NCBI RefSeq assembly: GCF_000315625.1
Contig: NW_005434623.1
Location: 151,317-215,316 of the forward strand
From: Guillardia theta CCMP2712
Lineage: Eukaryota; Protista; Cryptophyta
Reading direction: 5' to 3'
DNA: 64,000 nt
Both the position numbers and the translations under genes were made by a program. Position 1 is the stretch's first letter. Every line of letters begins with the position of its first letter. The notes beneath the pieces are model-generated. The model saw only the letters and a program-made list of their open reading frames with translations. It did not search any database and was not told the DNA's origin. Positions 1 to 12,944 of the stretch are shown here, piece after piece.

Positions 1-345
1 CCATCTCCCACACTCCTACTACCTTCCCTGCTTCTCTCCATCTCTCTCCCTCCTCCCTCCTACTACTCTCCCTCCTCCGCTCCTCTCTGCCCGCCCACCT
101 CTTTCCTCTTCACTTCTTCTTGACTCTCCTATCACCTATCCATACTGTCTTGCTTTCCTTTTACTTCTTCCTATCCCTCCTACGTCCTCCCTTTCCTCCT
201 GTCACTGTTCTCCCTTCCTTCCGTACCTTCCCTTCTTTCTCGCTCCCTCTCTCTCCATCCTCCCTCTCTCGCCCCCCCCCGTTTTCCTCTCCTACTCCCG
301 TCTAGATCTTCTTCCTGTTCCTCCTCTCTTTGATCTTTCTGTCAG

Positions 346-2010
346 GGAACGGACAGCACAGCCCTGCGTGAAGAGAGTGGATGGAAGCTTCTGCATGGCG
401 ATATCTTCCGTGCTCCCCCCAACTCAACCCTCCTCTCTGTCTACGTTGCTACAGGAGTCCAGGTGATCAACTGCTGCTCCTCCCCCTCCTCCTTCCCATT
501 TCCCGCTTGATTCGCCATCGCCGGCATCCTTCTCCTCCTCCTCCTCCTCCTCGTTGCTCTCTTCTTGAGTCATCACCAACTTTACTAACGTGTCCTCTGT
601 CCTTCACTTTTCCTCCCTCTATCCCTCCGACTGCTTCTCCTCCCCCTCCCTTGCCGCTCCCTCCTTAATCCCTTCTTCCCTCCTTCCTTTCCTCCTCCTC
701 CTCTTCTCTTTCCCACAGCTTCTCATCATGGCCTTCATCACTCTCGTCCTGGCTGCACTTGGCTTTCTCTCCCCGGCTCACAGGTATGCCAACTGCCATC
801 CTCCTCCTCCGCTTTCTCCTCCTCCTCCTCCCTCTCCTCCTCCTCCCTCCTCCTCCTCCTCCTCTTTCTTCCTAACCCCACCCTCTCACCTTTCCTCCTC
901 CTCCTCCTCTTCAACCTCGTCTTCCTTCCTTTCCCCTCTACTCCTTTTCAAGCGCCGCCTCCTCCTCCTCCTCCTCCTATCGACAAATCCACAATGCACT
1001 ATGATCTCCGACCGCAAAACAATACCGAGAGAGTGACTTGCAACTCTCACTTTCACATCCCTCTCTCTGGGTTATGAGGATTCATCTAAGGAATCAAGGT
1101 TGGTGGTAGGAGATCCGTGCGAGACTACGTGTCCTACAATGTCGAGAGAGGTCGATGGGTCTCTCCAAGTGTTTCCCTCCTTCCATACCCTTNNNNNNNN
1201 NNNNNNNNNNNNNNNNNNNNNNNNNNNNNNNNNNNNNNNNNNNNNNNNNNNNNNNNNNNNNNNNNNNNNNNNNNNNNNNNNNNNNNNNNNNNNNNNNNNN
1301 NNNNNNNNNNNNNNNNNNNNNNNNNNNNNNNNNNNNNNNNNNNNNNNNNNNNNNNNNNNNNNNNNNNNNNNNNNNNNNNNNNNNNNNNNNNNNNNNNNNN
1401 NNNNNNNNNNNNNNNNNNNNNNNNNNNNNNNNNNNNNNNNNNNNNNNNNNNNNNNNNNNNNNNNNNNNNNNNNNNNNNNNNNNNNNNNNNNNNNNNNNNN
1501 NNNNNNNNNNNNNNNNNNNNNNNNNNNNNNNNNNNNNNNNNNNNNNNNNNNNNNNNNNNNNNNNNNNNNNNNNNNNNNNNNNNNNNNNNNNNNNNNNNNN
1601 NNNNNNNNNNNNNNNNNNNNNNNNNNNNNNNNNNNNNNNNNNNNNNNNNNNNNNNNNNNNNNNNNNNNNNNNNNNNNNNNNNNNNNNNNTCCTCTCCGCC
1701 TCTCCTCTCCGCCTCTCCTCTCCTCCTCTCCTCTCCTCCTCTCCTCGTCCTCCTCCTTCCTCCCTTTTCGCCTCCTTCCTCCTCTCCTCCCCTCTCCCCC
1801 TGAGTCCTCTCCTCCTCCTCTCCTCCTCCTGAGTGAGCAGCTCTCCGTCGGTCCTCATCTCACTCGCTACCCTGGTTGACCACGTTCTCGCCCTCGACTT
1901 CTCCTCTCCCTCACTCGCTCCCCCCGTCCCGATGACGGTCCTGGAAGGTTGGGTTCCTCTCCTGCTTCTTCTTCATCGTCAAGATCTACTCATCCGTCAA
2001 GATCGACTAG
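346..2010 (+). CDS. Transmembrane 9 superfamily (TM9SF/EMP70 nonaspanin) protein, 3' part, multi-exon, interrupted by an N gap; 5' end lies outside the window
   Basis: Exon from 346 reads GTDSTALREESGWKLLHGDIFR...LSVYVATGVQ; next exon LLIMAFITLVLAALGFLSPAHR; last exon VGFLSCFFFIVKIYSSVKID* (TAG 2008-2010). EESGWKLxHGDxFR, LGFLSPAxRG and C-terminal KIYxxVKxD are TM9SF hallmarks. Confidence 0.88.
1193..1689. other. Assembly gap (N run)
   Basis: Run of n. Confidence 0.99.
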
Positions 2011-2059
2011 ACGCGCTGCGAGATTGACAAGCAGTCGTCACGCCCTCCCGTTCAAGTCA

Positions 2060-3230
2060 TCTCTACCGTAAGTTGGGCTGCTGGACTCGCGGCTCTCAGT
2101 CTGGGCCTGTCAGTTGCCCAGACTTACAGTGTACGAGTCCGATAGTCTGAGCCACCGTTGGGGCACAGTCGGATGCGGCTGGGGGACCGGGCCCCGGTCC
2201 GATCTGACGGTCGGCCGCGCGGCGCATACACCCGGCGGCTCCGTCACGGCCGGCTCAGCCGGGGCCAGGCTGGTGACGGTCCAATCGCCGGGGGAACTTG
2301 AACAATGCCGACTCAGTGACTAGACTTGGTTCGGCAGTACGCCGGGTAATTTGACGGTTCAGTAGTCACTATATAGGATAAAGTACTACTCACACGGTCG
2401 TGACTAGTGGTCGCATGGGCCAGCCGAACCAAGACGACCCTTACGCGTTTCAAGCCTCGGCGGCAATGTAGTACACTGTGATCAAGCCTGAAGGCAAGAG
2501 ACCTTCCTAGCCGTCTTGCTCAGTAAGGTCTGGCGAGGCCCCGGGGCCCGGAGCCTGGGGTCCGACACGGTGAGCCTGCCACTGACTCCCGAGTCCGGGC
2601 AGCGGCCCGGTGGCCCGCCCGTGACCGCAAGTTCCCAGGAGGCGGACTCCAACTCAGTTGTGACTCCGGCGGCGCCGATCCGGGCCTCCCGAGTCCCGTG
2701 ACTGGCCGCGGCGGCTTCTGACGTAGGCTCGGACCGTGACTCAGTGAGCCGGACGACGCCGTGATCGCCGCGGCCGGGGCCCGGCCCGTCACTGGCACAC
2801 TGTCACAGTGTTGTACCGTGGGGACTCAGTGGCAGGCCGGCCCGGAAACCGATCCGGGCGCCCCGCGGCCCGGCCCCGGCGGTCGCCCGGGGATGAAACC
2901 TGAATATAGTCCGATGAGTCAGCCCGACCTGGGGCCCGCGGCCCTCCGGAGACCACGTACTCCAGAGGGCCGCCGGGCCGAGACTCTCAGAGGTTCCGAG
3001 GGGCCCGATCTTTACTCAAGTTACTAAGTTAAGTTAAAAATCAGTACGAGGTACGAGGGGCCCGGGGTCGGACTCAAGTTGCCAGTCACAGAGTCCCGGC
3101 ACGGTCACCGGGTCACGGTTAGGACCCTGCCAAGGCCCGGCCGAAGCTTTACTCAAAGTTAACTTAAAAATCAGGTTAGTACTTGAAGCTGTGACGTTGG
3201 GTGACCGACCTTGAGGTCATGAGCCTTGTC
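2060..3230. repeat. GC-rich intergenic palindromic-word island 1
   Basis: Dense CCGG/GGCC/CCCGGG, GACTCAGT, GTGAC/GTCAC, TCGGA words; only short low-complexity ORFs; two TTTACTCAAAG element copies at 3009-3050 and 3147-3174. Confidence 0.75.
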
Positions 3231-3239
3231 ACGGTCATA

Positions 3240-4440
3240 CCACCCCTACCAACCACCAAAAGATCAGGGTAGTAGGGGGCCGTTGGCACTTGCTTGCAAC
3301 GACTGGCCACCCCCACCCCAGTCTTCTCCCTTTCAAGTACCCCACCTGAGACAGTATATCCATTCTTGGAGGTGCCGCAGTGCATCTGATCTTGTGAGCC
3401 GCTGTCTCCGTTGAGCCACCCCTACCCCCTCCCACAACTAGAATGGTCCCTTTAGCCACCCCTACCAACCCCTATCACGGGGGTCAACTTTTAGTAAACT
3501 GAGTCATCAACAGTACCCTTCCCTTCTCCTGTTGCAGAAGGGGTCCTCGACCCTTCCATGACCTCGTCGCTGACGATCAGCAAGTATAGCTACACTTCCT
3601 AGTACTCCCCAGGTCCTTGAAAGGTCTTATGACTTATATTGCTTGCTAGGTCCTTTGACCGAACTATCTGTAGGCGCCTAGGGGTTACTATGGTTCATTT
3701 TTTGGTCCGTGGTCCTAGCAATGCTAAGAGAAGAAAAGGTGTTTTGTCCTATGTCCCTAGGTCCTCTCTCAGTACTGCTGTGTGAAAATAGTTTTTAGAT
3801 TTGAATTTCCAGGGGCCTATGATCATCGATGACGCTCACCCTCTTTTGTCATCGATCATACCAGGGGGTGGGGTATTGAGAGGAATCTTAAGGGGTAGGG
3901 GTACAAATTGTACCTAGCAGGGAATAAAAAGCCTTGGTGCTATGATGGGGTGGGGTGCATCAAGATTTGAAAGGGGTGGGTCGTCACCCTCAGACATGAG
4001 TGTAGGTTTGGTACGTGGCCTTCAGGGGTAGTCATTCCTACGAACTCAAGAATGGCCGGACTGCGGTAAAGTTGTGTCACTACCGGTACTTGAACTGGGT
4101 ATCGGGGGGTGGTCTTGTGGGCGGGACTATCTATTTCCTTCTGCGCAATCTTTCCGGTCAAGCATATTTGTTTTCAGAATCTGCGTTTAATTTTCAAATA
4201 TGCTCTATGTTTTTTTTGAATATTTCAAAGATGGCCCATAAGAGAGCGAAAAACTTTTGTAGCTGCTTCACCGAAACATTTGAAACAACCCCCTGGACAA
4301 AACAGATGATAGATCATGTATTGAAAATGGATACGACCACCAGCAAGCAAGATGTGCTACGAAGAATGGGGTAGGGGTAGTATTGATATGGTGAAGGTAG
4401 GGTGGTGTTATGGAGCATCCTGGGGTAGGGTGCTGGGGTT
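3240..4440. promoter_or_regulatory. Upstream region of ABCG copy 1 with CCCCTACC / GGGGTAGGGG tracts
   Basis: C-rich tract 3240-3480, G-rich tracts 3860-3990 and 4367-4440 just before the ATG at 4497; same motif recurs upstream of other genes. Function is inferred. Confidence 0.4.
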
Positions 4441-4496
4441 GCAAACTCTGTCCATAAAGCTTGTGGGGACGGGAGCGTAGAGCAGAGCAAAGCGAA

Positions 4497-6547
4497 ATGT
4501 CCACGGAGCAATCAGCGTACGCTGAGGTGGCGTATAGCATTCCGACAAATGCTGAAGGCGATTCTAAAAACCAACCACAAGAATTTGTCGTTCGAGACAA
4601 AGTTCAACAGCGAACAGCGTAAGTCTCCTCTTGATCGCGATTCCCCTGCAATTCTCTATCCACAAATCACCTTTTGCTCCCAAACAGTGAGCAGTTGCTT
4701 TACCAAAAAATGCTGACACCAGACATTACAGGATATCTTCTGCATCAGGAGCGAACTCATTTGCATATCAATCTATTAGGGTCAAACCAGCGACCATCGC
4801 ATGGAAAGATCTCACCTACGACGTCAAGCTCACCCGCTCAAACCCTCAGACCGGAAAGAAAGAAACTATAGACAAGCGCATCCTCGACGGCCTCTCCGGC
4901 ATCGTCCGGCCCGGGGAGATGCTCGCCATCTGCGGGCCCTCGGGAGGCGGCAAGACCACCCTGCTCGACGCCATCGCCGGGAGGATCGACCCCCACCGCA
5001 AGGGCAGGAAGTTCACCGGCGACGTGCTGGTGAACGGGAAGCCCAGAGACGAGACGTTCAGCATGGTGGCGTCGTACGTGCAGCAGGAGCATGCGCTGCA
5101 GACGCCCTTCACGGTCAGAGAGACGATGCGATACGCGGCCGACCTTCTCATCCCGCACGCGGAGAGCACGCAGGCAGAGAGGAGAGCAAGAGCAGACAAT
5201 GTGACGCATGTGCTGGGGCTGGACTCATGCAGCAACACCATCGTAGGAGACGTGTTCCGCAAGGGGCTGAGCGGAGGGCAGCTCCGCCGCCTGTCGATTG
5301 CGGTGGAGCTGGTGCGGAACCCCTCCATCCTCCTGCTGGACGAGCCGACGTCAGGCCTCGACTCGGCGGCGGCAGAGAACATCATGAAACACTTGTCGCA
5401 CCTGGCCAAGACTGGCACCACCATTATTTGCACTATCCACCAGCCTCCGTCAGAGGTGTGGGCGAACTTCGACAAGTTCCTCCTGCTGTCTAGGGGCAAG
5501 TGCCTCTACTTCGGGGCGGCAAACAACGCGGTGGACTACTTCGAGAGGATGGAGTATCCGTGCCCGGGGCAGTCGAACCCGGCAGACTTCTTCCTGAGGC
5601 TGGCCAACACGGACTTCGAGGGTCACGCGGACATCGAGGCGCTTGCAAAAGGCTTCAAAACTCAGCCTGAAGGCATGGCTTTGTCCTCTGCGCTTAGCAA
5701 GCCGATCGATCATGACGTTCATATCAGCAAGCACAGGAATGGCTTCATGACGCAGCTCCTGATCTTGTCTCATCGCGCCTTCTTCAACAACGCGCGTAAC
5801 CCGGGTATCTTCCTCGTCCGACTCATCATGTACATTCTTCTTTGCCTCATGATCGGTTTCATGTTCTGGGACCTCGGCACAGGCCCCACGGACATCAACA
5901 GCCGTGTCAGCTTGCTCTTCTTTGTCGCGGCTTTCCTGGTGTTCATGTCGGTGGCGGTGCTGCCCTTCTTCATCGTGGAGCGAGCTGTGTTCCTACGCGA
6001 GCGAGCCAACGGCTGGTACATGGTGCCGGCCTACGTGCTGGCTTCGTTCCTCATGTCGTTGCCGGGGTTGTTCATCATCGCATTGGTCAGCTCAATCCTT
6101 GTTGTGTTTCCTGCCGGTCTCAATAACTTCGGGGTGTTTCTGCTCGACCTCTTCCTATCTCTCGTCACCGCGGAGGCGTTCATGTGTGTCATAGCATCGG
6201 TGGTACCTCACTACATCATCGGGATCGCGCTGGGAGCAGCGGTGTACGGCTTCTTCATGTTGTGCGAGGGCTTCATGAAGATCAAGGACGACATCCCAGA
6301 TTGGTTCATCTGGGGGTACTACATTGCGTTCCATTCATACTCTTTCAGAGCGTTCATGGTGAACGAGTTCGACTCTATTCCCACGTTTACGAGCCCTCAA
6401 TTCCCAGACGGCAAGTCAGTGCTAGCCTTTTACAATATGAACGACAAGCCCGTATGGAAGGACCTGCTCGTAGTTGGATCGTATGCCATCGCCCTCCAGA
6501 TCATATTCGGGACTATCCTGCAGGTGTTCCACAAGGGCAAGCGGTAA
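4497..6547 (+). CDS. ABCG (White-family) half-size ABC transporter, copy 1
   Basis: ATG 4497, phase-2 intron from 4619 (gtaagt) to about 4720-4730; Walker A GPSGGGKTT, signature LSGGQ, Walker B LLLDEPTSGLD, H-loop TIHQP, C-terminal ABC2 membrane domain. Confidence 0.95.
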
Positions 6548-8731
6548 ACAAAATTCTTCACTGATGTCTCTTATATCGATTTTCAAAGTTTTTCTCATGT
6601 TCCAATTGTGTGTTTCAAGTAAACGAGTTAATGTATGCAAGGCTGAATCCTCGTTTCAATGATTCTGGTTTTACCCCCCCCCCTATCGTGAGGACTGCGG
6701 TCGTCGCGACTTCAGTATCTATGCATTTCTGTCATTGTGAATGTAAAGCATCTAGATGATGGGCAGATAATTTCAACGATGACAATTGCAGAACTGAATT
6801 GATTTTTCAATCCCATGGCAGATCTGAAGCCTGTCCGGCTCTACTTGTATATTGAGAAGAGCGATCAGCCATGCGCAGGAATGTATAAGAGGAGGTGTAC
6901 ATATCCACCTGGGCAGAAAATGTGGAGCAAATCAACAGCCCGTCCATCCAGGTGTGTGTGGGAAGAGCACAGGCAGGAGGCAGACTGAACAAGCTTTCTC
7001 TGTTCTCCATCAGAGCACAGGTAAAGGATTATTGCGTGCAGAAAAGTCTTATAAGGCATACACATCTATTAGTAATAGTGTCACAAACTAAACTGTCAGT
7101 CAAGCAAGCGGCTGCTGAAGCTGCATGATCAAAATCGATTGAAATCTTACAAGGGGCCAACCAGCGGCTGCGACAAACTTTGCTGTTTCACTTGTCCGAA
7201 AGGGAGCAGCACAACCTACAAGACTCTCCCCCCGCTCACCGCTTGCCCTTGTGGAACACCTGCAGGATCGTTCCAAACACGATCTGGAGGGCGATAGCCC
7301 AGCCCCCGACAACAAGCAGATCCTTCCAGATCGGGTGATCCTCCATGTTGTAGAAGGCAAGAACCTCCCTGCCATTGTGAAACTGAGGGCTGTCAAAGTA
7401 CTGAATGCCTTCAAACTCGTTCACCATGAACGCTCTGAAAGAGTACGTGTGGAAGGCCATGTAGTACCCCCAGATGAACCAATCTGGGATGTCGTTCTTT
7501 ACCTTCATGAAGCCCTCGCACAACATGAAGAAGCCGTACACCGCTGCCCCCAGCGCGATCCCGATGATGTAGTGAGGTACCACCGATGCTATGACACACA
7601 TGAACGCCTCCGCGGTGACGAGAGATAGGAAGAGGTCGAGCAGAAACACCCCGAAGTTATTGAGACCGGCAGGAAACACAACAAGCACAGTGCTTGCAAG
7701 CGAGATGATGAAGAGCCCCGGCAACGACATGAGGAACGAAGCCAGCACGTAGGCCGGCACCATGTACCAGCCGTTGGCTCGCTCGCGTAGGAACACAGCT
7801 CGCTCCACGATGAAGAAGGGCAGCACCGCCACCGACATGAACACCAGGAAAGCCGCGACAAAGAAGAGGAGAGCAACACGGCTGTTGATGTCCGTGGGGC
7901 CTGTGCCGAGGTCCCAGAACATGAAGCCCATCAGCAGGCACAGCATGATGTACATGACGAGTCGGACGAGGAAGATACCCGGGTTACGCGCGTTGTTGAA
8001 GAAGGCGCGATGAGACAAGATCAGGAGCTGCGTCATGAAGCCATTCCTGTGACTGATGGGACTGATTTCATGCTCGATCGGTCGAGCAAGAGCGGAAGTC
8101 AGCGACATGCCCTCAGGCTGAGTTTTGAAGCCTTTTGCAAGCGCCTCGATGTCCGCGTGACCCTCGAAGTCCGTGTTGGCCAGCCTCAGGAAGAAGTCTG
8201 CCGGGTTCGACTGCCCCGGGCACGGATACTCCATCCTCTCGAAGTAGTCCACCGCGTTGTTTGCCGCCCCGAAGTAGAGGCACTTGCCCCTAGACAGCAG
8301 GAGGAACTTGTCGAAGTTCGCCCACACCTCTGACGGAGGCTGGTGGATAGTGCAAATAATGGTGGTGCCAGTCTTGGCCAGGTGCGACAAGTGTTTCATG
8401 ATGTTCTCTGCCGCCGCCGAGTCGAGGCCTGACGTCGGCTCGTCCAGCAGTAGGATGGAGGGGTTCCGCACCAGCTCCACCGCAATCGACAGGCGGCGGA
8501 GCTGCCCTCCGCTCAGCCCCTTGCGGAACACGTCTCCTACGATGGTGTTGCTGCATGAGTCCAGCCCCAGCACATGCGTCACATTGTCTGCTCTTGCTCT
8601 CCTCCGGACGATGCCGGAGAGGCCGTCGAGGATGCGCTTGTCTATAGTTTCATTCTTTCCGGTCTGAGGGTTTGAGCGGGTGAGCTTGACGTCGTAGGTG
8701 AGATCTTTCCATGCGATGGTCGCTGGTTTGA
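4782..8731. repeat. Long inverted repeat formed by the two ABCG copies (arms ~4782-6545 and ~7238-8731)
   Basis: Reverse-complement near-identity over long tracts, with a ~690 bp unique spacer. Confidence 0.93.
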
Positions 8732-8972
8732 TTCGCAGAGACTGATAGGCCAGTGAGTTGGCAGAGGATGTGGCATGCTTGCTGTCAGATAGATGCGTCA
8801 GTCCTGGCATTTACTTGCTACACAAGAGTACTCACAGGATGTGGGCACGAGACTGCTGGTCGTTGGAGAGGGTGACCACTGCTGGCTCGCTGGAGGAGAC
8901 GATTGCTTCTACAGGGCTGCTCTCCATCATCACAGGGATGCTGTAGCTGTCCTCCTCGCGCTGCTCCGCCAT
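7236..8972 (-). CDS. ABCG half transporter, copy 2, with an in-frame 90-aa deletion removing Walker A and the Q-loop
   Basis: ATG 8972 (MAEQREEDSYS...), phase-2 intron 8835-8782; near-identical to copy 1, but GLSGIVR joins directly to RRARADNV. Confidence 0.88.
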
Positions 8973-9737
8973 AGTCTCAGTCTCTCCACGTTTCCTCCCC
9001 TCCCTCGTTGCAATATGAGCGGGCACTAAGCAAGTCGTAACCCTACCCGCTTGTCCGAATGAACCCCTACCTATCCCGAAATTGATGTGTACTCCCCTAC
9101 CCCCAAGAATCAGCTTGTTGTCTGGTCAAGAAGGTTTCTTAGAAACTACCCCTACCCTCTCATAATCATTTTGCTACCCTACCCAGTTTTTTCGTGTCAT
9201 GAAGAGAGATGATGAGAGATGATCTTGTGCCATAGGTCATACTACTTCCTTCCTAGGACCCCCTAACACTTTCCTAGCACCAAAGTAAATGCCAAAGATC
9301 GGACCGGGGGGCATGCCATGTACGGAACTTAGGGGAATAGGACCTAGGCATAGGTCCTGTATTTCCTTGCCAAGTTGCTAGGACCATTACTCAAAGTTAA
9401 TTTAGTAAGTGTCTGACAGATGCCGGACACGAGCATAAGGTCTTGTCCGGCAGGGAAGGCAAAGTTGAGTAAATATTTTGTCCTGCATCTTCAATGAATG
9501 TCAGCAGGGCATGATTTCACCAGGGTAGTACTTGAAGTATTTAGTAGGGGTTAGCAAACCAATTAGTCTATTAGTTTTACTCAACTTTGGAACCTCTAAT
9601 TGCTCCTACCCCCTTGCCCTGCACTGTCCGATCTTATAAAAATGTGTGGCCCCACCACCCCACCCCCTTCCACAAACAGCTTCGCGCCATTCATGGCTTC
9701 TTCACACACATGCTTGTTTGGCAATCAATGCAAGGTA

Positions 9738-10026
9738 CATGATGAAAGCATTCGATTGTATCAATGCTGAAGATGCAAGCCTGATGTGCCATCATCTTTG
9801 CGTGAATGAATATGTTGATTCGGAAGGATACACCAGCTGTGAGTGTGAGCAACGTGGGAAAACAGCCCTTCCATCAATTCCTCAAGATGCACTTGCTTGC
9901 AAGAAGTCATGTAGAAGGATCTAATCATGGCACAGAGTGGATGATGATGATGATGATGATGATGATGTGATTTTGATGATGGTGAGGAGGTGGTGGTGGT
10001 GGAGCACGAGCTGGAGCACATGCAAC

Positions 10027-10067
<41 letters not shown>

Positions 10068-11449
10068 CGTACGGAGAAGAAGGGTGCCTTTGGGGAATGT
10101 GAAGAAGAAGAGCAAGATGTAAGGGGGCAGATAGAATCAGTAAGTGGAATCTGTAAGAGATTGGATGGGAAAGAGATTGGATCTGTAAGAGATTGGTCAA
10201 CCCGAAGACCTCCTCTTGGAGTTCTGTAAGCCAACTGATTACTTTGCTGTGTGAGATGAGAGCATGTTGCTTGTCAGCTTCGGAGTTGAGCACGAAATCG
10301 CAGTCCAACCCCTGAGAAGATCAAGAGTTGCTGGCAAGACGGGGGTTGGTTTCTTTGTACGTGAGGAAATGCTCGCACCAGCAAATGTCTTCGTTGCTGA
10401 TAATGAAGCAAAAAGCTACTTGAAGTTTCAGTCAAACATGTCTCTAAGGTCTGGCGTCAGGCATGTTTACAGAAGGAACAACCACTCAAAGACTTTCGGT
10501 GGAAGATTGATACAACCATATATTGGAGTCCTACAAAGGTCTTCATAGATGAGGCGGCAGTAGGTGTCACGAAACTTAGCTCGGGAAAGGATGCAAATCC
10601 GTTGACGGAAGAGAATTACATAGGCATAAGAAGATAGGATCGTGGGCAGCCTGACATATGTCACATTGAGTTGGGATGTCATCTGTAGATCCTTGAATAC
10701 GGTTCAGATCCTGCTGCATGCAACCCATCTGATGGCAAGATGATCATATGTTTGTTTGTGTTCCGAGCCTGGAGGATTTGAAACGCAACATTGCAGAAAA
10801 CAACGATTCAGTCGCAGGCATGCTGAAGGAGATTCCGGAGATAGGGCAACATGCGACAGAACACCAGGAACAGGAAGAGGAACCTGACCTCGGAGACGTA
10901 AAAGCTGGCGCACTGCTGAATCGGAGCACTGTACAGTGTGTCAATGACGATCGAGCTGGCGTTCGTCACACTGTGACTCAGACTGATCAAGCTGATCTGA
11001 AAACGATTCGAATTTCTGGTGAAGCGAAATGTTTCAACAATGCATGGAATCTGTATCACACTGGCAAACATGCCAAAGGGATACCTCCTTCGGAGAAACT
11101 GCAACGAGCAAATTTTAACAGAGCATGAAGCAAATAGTTTGCAGGCATAGCTTATCTCATGAAGTGCTTTGACCAATTCATCCGGCGAAGTGTAATGGAA
11201 CTGAATTCCTTCTTTGATAGTCGGTGAGAATCTTTGATGTTTCAATGCCGAGATGAAACATTCAAGAAATATCCAAAGGATTTCATCTCGTGGCTCAATC
11301 AGAGAGAAGGGGCAGAGAGCTCAAGTGATAGGAGTGGGCAGTTTGCACAGGCAACGTACTTCAAGAAAATGCGAAAGAAAGAAGCACCGCGACTAGATGA
11401 GATCAGGTGGTCGTTCGAAATGCGAATGATAACGAGACTGATGGCTTAG
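9738..11449 (+). CDS. Hypothetical or degenerate multi-exon gene with acidic (D/E) tracts
   Basis: Series of protein-like + strand ORF pieces (9738-9924, 9990-10229, 10264-10548, 10748-11128, 11234-11449); (GAT)n and (GAGGAC)n tracts; no family recognised. Confidence 0.35.
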
Positions 11450-11829
11450 ATTTTGCCTGTAATTGGATGGTTTAAGGTTTGTAAAACATATAATTCATTG
11501 TCAAGTGACAGTGAGTGATATCATAAGTTGTAATAAACACAAGTTGCTCTGGTAAATCTTGTGAAACCTCGTTAGACGTTGCTCAGTTCTGGGTCAAGCA
11601 GCGAGATGGAGCTCAGAAATTTGGCTGAGTGTTTTTGAGTCTTGGACCTCTGAGGCGGGTGTGGGTAGGGAGGGAGGGTGGGTGAGGTCCTAAACTGGTC
11701 TTTGGGTGGGGTAGGGGTCATATTCGGAAGAAGTTTATGTGAATGAGCACTAAACCTCTCAAAAAACTACAAAAGTGTATATATTTGTCCGGACTATATC
11801 TTACACCTCTAAGGGTGTTGTTAAGTTAG

Positions 11830-12590
11830 TGGCCAGGCCCGGCCCGGGCCCTCAGGCCGCATTATCATCCACACGAGAGTCGGCGGCGGTCACGGTGGGC
11901 CGCGCCCCCGCCGGGGCCGGGCCGTCGGATCGGACTGACGGTCTGATCCCCGGGCCCCGGCCCGGGCCACCCGGGCCGCGCGGCCGGGCCGAGTACGGTC
12001 CGATCATCCGGCGCCCCCGGGGCCCGGGGTCGGCCGGGCAGTGGCCCGGCCGACCCCAGTACATTCAATGATCGGATTGGCCCACTGCCAGGCTGCCCGG
12101 CGCCGCCGTCAAGTTGGGCCAGTTGGTTCTGAGAGGCGAGTCAGCGTCCGTAGTATGCTTTCAAGGCCCGGCCCGGGTGGTGATCATCCGATGATCGGAT
12201 TGCCAGGGGAAATGGGGGTACTGACTCTGTGAGCGGATATCGAGCGGAGGCTGTACTAGATTACGCCCGGGGTGAGGTCACCGGCCCGGCGGGCAGTGCC
12301 ACGGCAGTGACGGTGGCCGCGGCCGGCCGCGGCCGGGGCCGCATCATCCGATGATCAAACAGCGAGCAACGGAAGTTGTTTTGTATCCAACTGGCGTTGA
12401 ACCTTGAACGCCGTTTCAGATCTGAGAGCCTGGAGACTCCGTAATATGATCATAGGCAAGTCATAGCAGGACACTGGCGAGTCAGGACCAGGTCCTAGTA
12501 CGGTGACGGTGAGACGGCGAGTCACATTGCGGCCGACCTCAGTTTCAGCACCTCAACGGGCCGCCGGCCCGGTTAGCCTCAGTCGATGTG
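11830..12590. repeat. GC-rich palindromic-word island 2
   Basis: Same word vocabulary as island 1; CATCATCCGATGATC motif; intergenic. Confidence 0.75.
12330..12556 (+). repeat. Dispersed duplicated segment, copy A (paralog at ~19850-20083)
   Basis: Shared CATCATCCGATGATCAAAC...TTGTTTTGTATCCAAC..GGCGTTGAACCTTGAACG..TATGATCATAGGCAAGTCATAGCAG..TTCAGCACCTCAA. Confidence 0.9.
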
Positions 12591-12944
12591 GCTCTGTGCA
12601 CAAGCTCACAGAAAGGACAGCAACAGCTACAATAGGGATGACCGTACGTAGGAGGATCACGAAGAAGAGAGCAAGAACAGGCTAGGACCCATGGATGCGG
12701 CAGCAGGTGATAAGCGAGTCAGCTCATATCAGTCTACGACAGGACAGCAAGTGACAGGAACTTCCGAATAACGGTTCGATCAGAGAAGACAGTACTATCA
12801 TGACTATTCTTCAGGAGGTCCTACGATGAAGGCACGAAACCACCTCTCAGCAGGTTGCAGACACACACAGGTTCCGTCAAGGCCAAGGGAGCAACTGTGT
12901 CAACTTGACTCGACCGTCAGGAAGCCGCGATGGATGATTCTCTC

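Noticed and set aside
1094-1879. Long ORFs spanning X runs
   Set aside because: Artefacts of translating the N gap.
2114-3027. Gly/Pro/Arg-rich ORFs in GC islands (also at 11775-12232, 40723-40977, 44968-45452)
   Set aside because: Stop-poor GC-rich non-coding sequence with no domain signal or consistent splice structure.
4801-8667. Alternative-frame and antisense ORFs over the ABCG genes, and similarly over 26223-28508 and 55411-56517
   Set aside because: Shadow ORFs caused by high GC3 codon usage in the real CDS.
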